From an uncultured Draconibacterium sp. (lineage in GTDB: Bacteria; Bacteroidota; Bacteroidia; Bacteroidales; UBA12170), in contig CAZTST010000001.1 in NCBI GenBank assembly GCA_964616585.1, positions 1-39,573 on the forward strand: DNA of 39,573 nucleotides, read 5' to 3'. The position numbers and the translations under genes were made by a program. The notes under the pieces were generated by a model, which was not told where the DNA came from, searched no databases, and saw nothing but the letters and a program-made list of their open reading frames with translations. Position 1 is the first letter of the stretch; each line of letters starts with the position of its first letter. Below, in pieces: positions 1-9,187 of this stretch.

Positions 1-2
1 CA

Positions 3-2090
<2,088 letters not shown>

Positions 2091-2262
2091 TAATTTTTTC
2101 CTTTTTTGAAAATTCCGGAGTATATTGGTTCTTCGTCAATTTAAGTGATAAATTGTATAGGGAAATACCTTATGAAAACAGTTCAAAATAATCACATATA
2201 TATCTGATATACAGCAAAATAAACCAGAATTAATTAGTAAGTAAGATAGATTAATAGTATCT

Positions 2263-3365
2263 CACTAGCATCCGAAAGTCCGAATTTTAAAAAGCCCTCA
2301 GAATCCTGTATTTTTGAGTTAGACAAAAAACTTTTTAAATATGTGACTCTTTAGGCGAAACAAAAATAACCATAAACCAGTAATTCGACAAATATTAGAT
2401 TTAGTACCTCGATGGCTTTTTGAAAGTTGCACCAATACTTACAAAACTAACAAAGGCTGTAGTAAATACAAGTCTTGCGACCAATTCGTAGCCTTAACTT
2501 TCGGACAGCTTAATAAGTGTCAGAGTTTGAACGACATATCCGCATGAATTGGTGTAAGTGAAATCTTCATAAAAGACCTTGGTCTTTCACAAAGTCCTGC
2601 ACGTTCAACAATGAGTGATGGTAATAAAAAAAGGGACTGGCACGTATTTGAGAGTCTGTATTAACGTTTACTAAGTCATTATAAATCGGTGCTAAAACAA
2701 CATCATAATTCACACATCATAAAAGAGATTAAGGGCAAGGTAGTTAAACTAATAGATAGCTCAACTATATATATCTTTATGTTTGGCTATGTTTAACTGG
2801 GCAGAGTTTCGGACAGCTAAAGGAGGCATCAAATTACATACAAGCTGGGATTACAGTTTAATGATACCGGAGGTAGTAAACATCTCAGAAGCAAAAGTTC
2901 ACGACAGGTATGGATTAGAACAATTGATTTATCCTAAGGACACTATTATTGTTGAAGACAGAGCCTATTTTGGTTTTGATTTAATGCTCAACAGAATAAA
3001 AGCAGAAAATATATTTGTTACCAGAATTAAAACCAATACTTTGTATAAAACCATAGAAGAATTGGAATTGCCATACCATATTGACCAAAACATTTTAAAA
3101 GATGAAATTATCCATCTTAGCTCAGACAAAGCAATAGAAATAGTTATTGCAGAACAAAAATTAAGATTAGTACACGTTTATAAAGAAGATGAAAACAAAG
3201 TTATAGTTATCATTACCAATCAACTTGATTGGGAGTACAATACAATTGCTGAGTTATATAAGAAGCGCTGGGATATTGAATTGTTCTTTAAGGCTTTAAA
3301 GCAAAATTTACAAGTCAAAACATTTTGGGAAACCAGTGAAAATGCTGTAAAATCACAAATTTATG
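2263..3365 (+). mobile_element. Degenerate IS4-family insertion sequence (left end tentative, right end truncated)
   Basis: Contains the transposase pseudogene. CACTAGCATCCGAAAG at 2263 resembles an IS4-type terminal repeat, but no matching right end is visible. Confidence 0.6.
2341..3365 (+). pseudogene. IS4-family DDE transposase pseudogene (DUF4372-like N-terminus plus DDE core)
   Basis: The frame from ATG 2341 reads M*LFRRNKNNHKPVIRQILDLVPR...ARSTMSDGNKKRDW...KLIDSST, with stops at 2344 (TGA), 2545 (TGA) and 2662 (TAA) and a frameshift in the TA run near 2766. It continues as ORF 2783..3412 with KGGIKLH, IIVEDRAY, LYKKRWDIELFFK, SENAVKSQIY, after which homology appears to end. Confidence 0.9.
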
Positions 3366-3387
3366 TATGTTGTACCTATGTTGTACC
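3366..3387. repeat. Perfect tandem 11-bp direct repeat (TATGTTGTACC x2), resembling integrase arm-type sites
   Basis: Read directly; lies about 55 bp beyond the tRNA 3' end. The functional call is inference. Confidence 0.6.
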
Positions 3388-3393
3388 AGAAAT

Positions 3394-3425
3394 AAAAAAA
3401 CGCTGTAAATAATTGAATTACAGCG
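3394..3425 (-). terminator. Intrinsic terminator downstream of tRNA-Arg
   Basis: CGCTGTAA/TTACAGCG stem followed by a T7 tract on the minus strand. Confidence 0.65.
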
Positions 3426-3442
3426 CATTAAATATATAAAAG

Positions 3443-3514
3443 TGATCCCAAGAGGACTCGAACCTCTATCTTAAGAACCGGAATCTTAAATTCTATCCAT
3501 TGAACTATGGGACC
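3443..3514 (-). tRNA. tRNA-Arg (anticodon CCG)
   Basis: Reverse complement GGTCCCATAGTTCAATGGATAGAATTTAAGATTCCGGTTCTTAAGATAGAGGTTCGAGTCCTCTTGGGATCA. Acceptor stem GGTCCCA/TGGGATC, anticodon loop TTCCGGT, T-loop GTTCGAG, CCA not encoded. Confidence 0.96.
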
Positions 3515-3516
3515 TA

Positions 3517-3554
3517 AAATAAAAACGAATAAAATATTTTATTCGTTTTTATTT
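3517..3554. repeat. Perfect 38-bp palindrome filling the tmRNA-tRNA spacer (terminator or processing hairpin)
   Basis: AAATAAAAACGAATAAAAT-ATTTTATTCGTTTTTATTT is self-complementary with no loop. Confidence 0.8.
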
Positions 3555-3555
3555 G

Positions 3556-3953
3556 TGGAGCTGGAGGGATTCGAACCCTCGTCCAAACAAGTAATCAAAA
3601 AGCTTTCTACATGCGTATTCTTTTATTAATTTTCGAGAAACTGGCCGGAAAAAGACACCCAAACAATTTCCTTAGCTTCTTTATTTAACTTTTTTCCCGA
3701 AGCTTGAAAAAAGCGGTCCTCGAATTTACTACACCCCGATATCAGTTAGGAACAAGGCAGGTCCTTCTGCGGGATGTCTCGTTCCGAAACCTAGTTCCGG
3801 AATTAGGCCTAATCTACTGAGTAGTATTAAGCTGCGAGAGCATAATTGTTTTCGCCATTTACATAGCTGTGAGAATTAGGATTTACGAGTCATATTCACA
3901 ACACTCGGCATGCTTACATTCCAACTCCCTTGCTGTCAAATCCAGTCAACCCC
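3556..3953 (-). ncRNA. ssrA: tmRNA; tag peptide (A)GENNYALAA* at 3856..3827
   Basis: 5' end GGGGTTGACTGGATTTGACAGC; 3' end GAGGGTTCGAATCCCTCCAGCTCCA; internal reading frame GGCGAAAACAATTATGCTCTCGCAGCTTAA. Confidence 0.97.
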
Positions 3954-3997
3954 AAGTTTGTTTGCTGATAAAGCAGCAAAAAGCTAGCCAAATCTGT

Positions 3998-4036
3998 TAA
4001 AGCGATGCAAAATTACAATTTTTCTGCATCGCTTTA
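3998..4036 (-). terminator. Hairpin after flavodoxin, overlapping a TAATTTTG -7 promoter element for ssrA
   Basis: TAAAGCGATGCA...TGCATCGCTTTA inverted repeat. The minus strand contains TAATTTTGC, matching the Bacteroidota TAnnTTTG element. Confidence 0.6.
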
Positions 4037-4082
4037 GTATTTTATTTAAATCAATTTGGAAGTTTAGGCTTAGCCTATTTGC

Positions 4083-4589
4083 CTACTTAAACTCTTTTTT
4101 TAATTGTTCAACCCAAGCTTCAATTCTTGGTTTTACAAGTTTCGGTTGAATTTCAAAGTCGAGTGGGAGCCCAATAAACTTATTGCCACGTAAGGCTTTG
4201 GAGTGTTCAAAGGTATATCCTTCATTGGCAACTGAACCAATTATCTGTCCGCCTAAAGATTCCAACAAATTTGCCATAATTCCAATGGCATCAACAAAGT
4301 TTTCGGGATATTCTTTTTGATTTCCGGCGCCGTATAGTGCAAATTTTTTCCCTTTAAAATCCATCTCTTCCATGGCAGGAACAAACTCATCCCAATAATT
4401 AGGCAATTCACCATCGAACCAGGTTGGAACACCTATAATATAATGATTGTAGGCGTCAAATTGTTCCTCGGTGGTTTCTTCTACATTATTGGCCTCAATG
4501 TTTTCAATTCCGAATGCTTCAGTAATTAATTTTGCTGCTTTTGATGTATTCTTGGTATTGAAGCTGTAAAAAAGTCCTATTTTTTGCAT
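4083..4589 (-). CDS. Long-chain flavodoxin
   Basis: IGLFYSFNTKNT, IIGVPTWFDGEL, ALYGAGNQKEYPENFVDA, FIGLPLD motifs. Confidence 0.92.
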   Translation of the reverse strand: MQKIGLFYSFNTKNTSKAAKLITEAFGIENIEANNVEETTEEQFDAYNHYIIGVPTWFDGELPNYWDEFVPAMEEMDFKGKKFALYGAGNQKEYPENFVDAIGIMANLLESLGGQIIGSVANEGYTFEHSKALRGNKFIGLPLDFEIQPKLVKPRIEAWVEQLKKEFK

Positions 4590-4599
4590 GGTTGTTATT

Positions 4600-6660
4600 T
4601 TAATATTCTAGTAATTCTTTAACGGCAATCTCAATTTTATCTGCATTTGGTAAAATAGCTTTTTCCAATATTCGATTAAAGCCTACAGGTGTAAATGTTG
4701 CACCAACTCGTTTAATGGGAGCATCTAAAAATTCAAAAGCTTCGTCGGCAATCTGAGCGGCAATTTCGCCTCCAAATCCACTAAATACTTTATCCTCATG
4801 GACAATCAGGACTTTATTGGTCTTCTTGATCGATTCTAGGATGCTTGCTGTATCAAGAGGTAATAATGATCTTAAATCGATTACTTCAATATTAGCAATA
4901 GATTCTTTCGCTAATTTTTCGGCGACTTCAATGCACATATGAGTTGTATTGCCATAGGTTAGGATGGTCATGTCTGAACCCTCACGTCTGATTCTGGCTT
5001 TGCCAAAAGGCACCTCAAAATCGTCAGGAACAAAAGCTTCGGCTTTTGGGTCGTTGTATAAAGCTTTTGGCTCAAGGAATAAAGTAATTCCTTTTGAACG
5101 AATACTTGTTCTTAAAAGTCCCGCAGCATCATCAGCAGAAGAAGGATAGATAACACGGATTCCCGGGAAAGTTGTTAAGGTTGCTTCAATATTTTGTGAA
5201 TGATAAATGCCACCGCCGATATAACCTCCAGAAGCTAGGCGGATGGTAATATTAGGCACGAATTTTCCGTTAGTTCGCCAATATTCATGCGAAGATTCGA
5301 CCAATTGTTCCATGGCTGGCCAGAAATAATCGGCAAATTCGGCTCCTTCAACAACGATGCGCATCTTATCGTTAAAGCGCGACATACCGTTTGCAGTTCC
5401 AACAATAAAATCTTCGGCTATAGGAGCATTGAAAACACGCTTCTTGCCAAATTCTTTTTGCATTCCTTTAGAAACATTAAAAATACCGCCTTTGTCCTTG
5501 TTGGCAATGTCTTGTCCGTAAAGATAGGTTTCAGGGTTGAGCCTGAATTCGGCTTTCAAGGTTTCGTTTAAGGCTGTAATGTATTTAATCTTTTTTCCTT
5601 CTTTTTGTTGATGAAGTCCGTCAGGATATTTTAGTGCTTCATAAGCTATGGGAGTAACAAAATCATAAATACTCTCTGGTGTAGGATCGGCTGATGTGAT
5701 TCCGACTTTATGTGCTTTTTTTACGATTTGTTTAGCATCCGCTTCAATGGCAACTAATTCATCTTCAGTAAAACGATCATAGCGTAATAGTAATCTGCGA
5801 AATTTTGAAAGCGGGTCGTATTCTTTAACATAATTACGCTCAAAATCATCGCGATAGAGTTCATGAGCATCAGAATTGCTGTGAGAGCCTATTCGAACGC
5901 AATTGGCTTGCAAAATAACAGGGTTTCCTGTGTTTAAAACATGTTGCTTGGCTTCGTCCATTGCATTCATCGAATCAAAAACATCTTTACCATTGCAGTG
6001 AATAATGGTCAGGTTTTTAAATCCGCTAAAATTGTTGGCCACTTTTCGGTTAGCTGTTTGGTCTTTTTTAGGAACTGAAATCCCGTATCCATTGTCTTGA
6101 ATAACAAAAATTACAGGCAGTTGTTCTTTGTCAGCACCAGTAATGGCCTCATAAACATAGCCCTCTGAAACCGAAGATTCTCCTTGAGAGCTAATAGAAA
6201 CAGCTTTTGTTCCGCTTAATTTAATGGAACGGGCTGTCCCAACTGCATGTAAAGTATGGTTACCTGTGCAGGAAGATACATTCTGAATATTGATTTCAGG
6301 CTTGGCAAAGTGATTTGACATATGACGACCACCTGAAGAAGGGTCGGCTGCTTTTGAAATTCCGTTAAGGATAATTTCTTCAGCAGTCATTCCTGCTGAA
6401 AGAACCGTTAACATATCACGATAGTATGGGAATAGAAAGTCTTTCTTGGCTTCGAAAATCTGGCCTATAGCCAATTGAATTCCATCATGCCCTGCATAGG
6501 GCGCATGGTAAGACCATCCCAAAGCTTGCTTTAAATAATTAGGAGCTTTTTCATCTAAATTCCGACCTAAAACCATTAGACGGAACCACTTCTCAAGTGT
6601 TTTTTTATCGGTTTTCTTAATGCTAAATTTTTTATCCTTTTGCATCTTATGTATTTTCAT
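4600..6660 (-). CDS. Fused E1 alpha/beta subunit of a 2-oxoacid (probably branched-chain) dehydrogenase
   Basis: TPP-binding region GESSVSEG...IQDNGYGIS, IGSHSNSD, then transketolase-like pyrimidine-binding and C-terminal domains (VFNAPIAE, EFADY, FLEPKALY, IDLRSLLPLD). Confidence 0.92.
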   Translation of the reverse strand: MKIHKMQKDKKFSIKKTDKKTLEKWFRLMVLGRNLDEKAPNYLKQALGWSYHAPYAGHDGIQLAIGQIFEAKKDFLFPYYRDMLTVLSAGMTAEEIILNGISKAADPSSGGRHMSNHFAKPEINIQNVSSCTGNHTLHAVGTARSIKLSGTKAVSISSQGESSVSEGYVYEAITGADKEQLPVIFVIQDNGYGISVPKKDQTANRKVANNFSGFKNLTIIHCNGKDVFDSMNAMDEAKQHVLNTGNPVILQANCVRIGSHSNSDAHELYRDDFERNYVKEYDPLSKFRRLLLRYDRFTEDELVAIEADAKQIVKKAHKVGITSADPTPESIYDFVTPIAYEALKYPDGLHQQKEGKKIKYITALNETLKAEFRLNPETYLYGQDIANKDKGGIFNVSKGMQKEFGKKRVFNAPIAEDFIVGTANGMSRFNDKMRIVVEGAEFADYFWPAMEQLVESSHEYWRTNGKFVPNITIRLASGGYIGGGIYHSQNIEATLTTFPGIRVIYPSSADDAAGLLRTSIRSKGITLFLEPKALYNDPKAEAFVPDDFEVPFGKARIRREGSDMTILTYGNTTHMCIEVAEKLAKESIANIEVIDLRSLLPLDTASILESIKKTNKVLIVHEDKVFSGFGGEIAAQIADEAFEFLDAPIKRVGATFTPVGFNRILEKAILPNADKIEIAVKELLEY

Positions 6661-6720
6661 TTTGTAAAACAGTGAATAACTGATTTTTACTTAAATAGCA
6701 CTGCTTAATATTTGGTTTTG

Positions 6721-6728
6721 CAAAGATA
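6721..6728 (-). promoter_or_regulatory. Bacteroidota sigma70 -7 element (TATCTTTG) for the E1-flavodoxin operon
   Basis: Exact TAnnTTTG match about 60 bp upstream of the start codon. Confidence 0.6.
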
Positions 6729-6969
6729 AGAAAAAATAACAATTTAGATTCATTCAAAATAAAAACTTATTGGACTTTGTTTCGAAGCTGAGTTTTCATC
6801 TTAGCAAACAACTATTAATTTAAATGTTGATAAAAATCAGTCAAAACTATGCGCTAGGCTTAAAATAAATTGTGATTTGTGTACTTTATATATAAAGTAT
6901 ATATATGTTTTATATCCCTTGTCAGTTAAGGCAGGAGTATATTATTTAGAATGAATTTTTTTAACAATC

Positions 6970-7010
6970 TACTATGCAGACATAGTAAAAAATTAGTACT
7001 TTTACATTTG
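6970..7010 (+). promoter_or_regulatory. Palindromic operator candidate (TACTATG-N4-CATAGTA) plus -7 element TACATTTG for the former icd/citrate synthase operon
   Basis: Palindrome at 6970-6987; TAnnTTTG match at 7003-7010. Confidence 0.45.
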
Positions 7011-7098
7011 ATTTCAGGCAATTTGCTTAAATGCTTGATTTCAATCGAAAATAATTCCTAAAAAACTTAAGTAATATCTAATTTCAAATTAGAATTGA

Positions 7099-7227
7099 AT
7101 GAACAAAATTAAAGTAGCAAATCCTGTTGTTGAATTAGATGGAGATGAAATGACACGTATTATTTAAATACAGAAGATTTTTTTTTTAAATGCAATAGAT
7201 GAAAGCTTAAAAGCTAAGCTTCAATAA
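7099..7227 (+). pseudogene. Deletion remnant of a homodimeric (eukaryote-like, type II) NADP-isocitrate dehydrogenase
   Basis: 7099-7167 reads MNKIKVANPVVELDGDEMTRII*, the canonical IDH1-type N-terminus. It is joined to YLNTEDF(L)NAIDESLKAKLQ*, a typical C-terminus interrupted by a T10 run. The body of the gene is missing. Confidence 0.88.
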
Positions 7228-7247
7228 AATAATAAAACCTAAATTAT

Positions 7248-8555
7248 ATGTCAACTTTAAAAGCAAAATTGGCTCAGAAAATAGCTGAGCACAGACCCAG
7301 AACCACCAAACTGGTTAAAGAATTTGGTGATGTAAAAGTTGGTGAAGTAACCATCGAGCAAGTGATTGGCGGTGCTAGAGGTATCCGTAGTTTAGTTACC
7401 GATATTTCTTACTTAGATCCAATGGAAGGTATTCGTTTTCGCGGATATACTATTCCTGAAACTATGGCGGCTTTGCCAAAACCCGAAGGCAAGGATTATC
7501 CTTATGTTGAAGGATTCTGGTATCTTCTGTTAACCGGAGATATTCCTACGATGGCAGAAACTTTGGAATTGGTTGAAGATTTCAAAAAACGCAGTCATGT
7601 TCCTAAATACGTTTTTGACGTTTTAAAAGCTCTTCCAAAAGATTCTCATCCTATGGTTATGCTTTCTACTGCAATTATGGCAATGGAAAAAGAAAGCAAA
7701 TTTGCTAAATTCTATGAAGAAGGATTTAACAAAATGACTGCTTGGGAATCGATGTATGAAGATTCAACTGATATATTGGCTCGTTTGCCAGAAATTGCAG
7801 CCTTTATCTACCGTTACAAATACAAAAGGGGAAAGATTATTGCCAAAAACCCTGATTTGGATATGGGTGGAAACTTTGCTCACATGATGGGCATTCCTGC
7901 TCCTTACGATGATGTTGCACGTATGTATTTTATCTTACATTCTGATCATGAGTCAGGAAATGCTTCTGCTCATACAACTCACTTAGTTGCTTCTACACTT
8001 TCCGATGCTTATTATTCACTATCTGCCGGATTAAATGCTTTGGCCGGTCCTTTGCATGGTTTGGCCAATCAGGAAGTATTACGTTGGTTACAAGACGTTA
8101 TGGATAGATTAAAAGGTCAAGAACCAACTGAAGAATTAATGAAGAAATTTGTTTGGGAAACTTTGGATAGCGGTCAGGTTATTCCTGGTTTTGGTCATGC
8201 TGTATTGCGTAAAACAGATCCTCGCTACCAATCACAACGCGAATTTTGCGAGAAACATTTGCCAAACGATAAAATTTTCAAATATGTAGATATGCTTTAT
8301 CGTGTAGTTCCTGATATTTTAGTTGAACAAGGAAAAGCTAAAAACCCATGGCCAAATGTGGATGCACAATCGGGTGTTATTCAATGGTTCTATGGCATTA
8401 CCGAGTACGATTTCTATACCGTAATGTTTGGTGTTGGTCGTGCAATTGGTGTTTTAGCTAATATAACTTGGGACAGAGCGTTAGGATATGCTCTTGAGCG
8501 TCCAAAATCATTAACAACAAAAATGTTGGAAGATATAGCTGCCAAAGCTAAATAA
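7248..8555 (+). CDS. gltA: Citrate (Si)-synthase, eukaryote-like type
   Basis: GGARGIRSLVTDISYLDPMEGIRFRG, HSDHESGNASAH, LAGPLHGLANQEV, IPGFGHAVLRKTDPR, NPWPNVDA, ERPKS. Confidence 0.95.
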   Translation: MSTLKAKLAQKIAEHRPRTTKLVKEFGDVKVGEVTIEQVIGGARGIRSLVTDISYLDPMEGIRFRGYTIPETMAALPKPEGKDYPYVEGFWYLLLTGDIPTMAETLELVEDFKKRSHVPKYVFDVLKALPKDSHPMVMLSTAIMAMEKESKFAKFYEEGFNKMTAWESMYEDSTDILARLPEIAAFIYRYKYKRGKIIAKNPDLDMGGNFAHMMGIPAPYDDVARMYFILHSDHESGNASAHTTHLVASTLSDAYYSLSAGLNALAGPLHGLANQEVLRWLQDVMDRLKGQEPTEELMKKFVWETLDSGQVIPGFGHAVLRKTDPRYQSQREFCEKHLPNDKIFKYVDMLYRVVPDILVEQGKAKNPWPNVDAQSGVIQWFYGITEYDFYTVMFGVGRAIGVLANITWDRALGYALERPKSLTTKMLEDIAAKAK

Positions 8556-8565
8556 TTAAATTATT

Positions 8566-8599
8566 AAAACCCCTGCGAATTTTTTTACAGGGGTTTTTT
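8566..8599 (+). terminator. Rho-independent terminator after citrate synthase
   Basis: AAAACCCCTG...CAGGGGTTTTTT. Confidence 0.85.
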
Positions 8600-8627
8600 A
8601 TGCTTTTTAATTTCCTATTTTTGCTAA

Positions 8628-9038
8628 ATGATTATCCAAAAAGAAATTCGATTAAAAGCCAAGCCGAGAGGTTTTCATCTGATAACTTCAGAAGTTTTAG
8701 CTTCATTGCCAAATTTGCCAAAGGCAGGTCTGCTTAACCTATTCATTCAGCATACTTCTGCAGGATTAACCATAAATGAAAATGCAGATCCAAGTGTTCG
8801 TCTTGATTTTGAGACTGTTTTTAATAAAATTGTTCCTGAAAACGAGCCTGATTATATACATGTATTTGAAGGAGGCGATGATATGCCCGCTCATATTAAA
8901 AGCTCATTAATTGGTGCATCTCTTAGTATTCCTATAGAGAATGGACGCTTGGCACTAGGAACATGGCAGGGAATTTATTTGGGAGAGTTTAGAAATCAGG
9001 CTACTGAAAGGCGTTTGATATGTACATTATACTATTAG
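8628..9038 (+). CDS. yjbQ: YjbQ/UPF0047 family protein (secondary thiamine-phosphate synthase)
   Basis: HTSAGLTINENADPSVRLD, DMPAHIKSSL, LGTWQGIYLGEFR motifs. Confidence 0.92.
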   Translation: MIIQKEIRLKAKPRGFHLITSEVLASLPNLPKAGLLNLFIQHTSAGLTINENADPSVRLDFETVFNKIVPENEPDYIHVFEGGDDMPAHIKSSLIGASLSIPIENGRLALGTWQGIYLGEFRNQATERRLICTLYY

Positions 9039-9187
9039 TTTTAGGCTGATAAAATATATGTATTGCAGATTTGTCTGTAATTTTTTTTGCTAATTTTTCA
9101 ATGTTTTATTTTCATTCCTTTAAATTCACTTTATTTGCCAGTTAATCATTATTGATTATTGTAATTTACAATCTAAACGCATTGTTT

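Noticed and set aside
2341-2664. Two in-frame TGA codons at probable Gly positions in the transposase, hinting at UGA=Gly recoding or readthrough
   Set aside because: The same frame also has a TAA stop, a frameshift and a 3' truncation, and no other gene in the window needs TGA readthrough. Ordinary pseudogene decay explains it.
2783-3412. 209-aa ORF as an intact transposase
   Set aside because: It lacks the N-terminal half including the first catalytic Asp region, and its tail (CCTYVVPEIKKRCK) is read-through into non-IS sequence.
3556-3590. Second tRNA gene suggested by a GGTTCGAATCC T-arm
   Set aside because: This is the tRNA-like 3' domain of the tmRNA.
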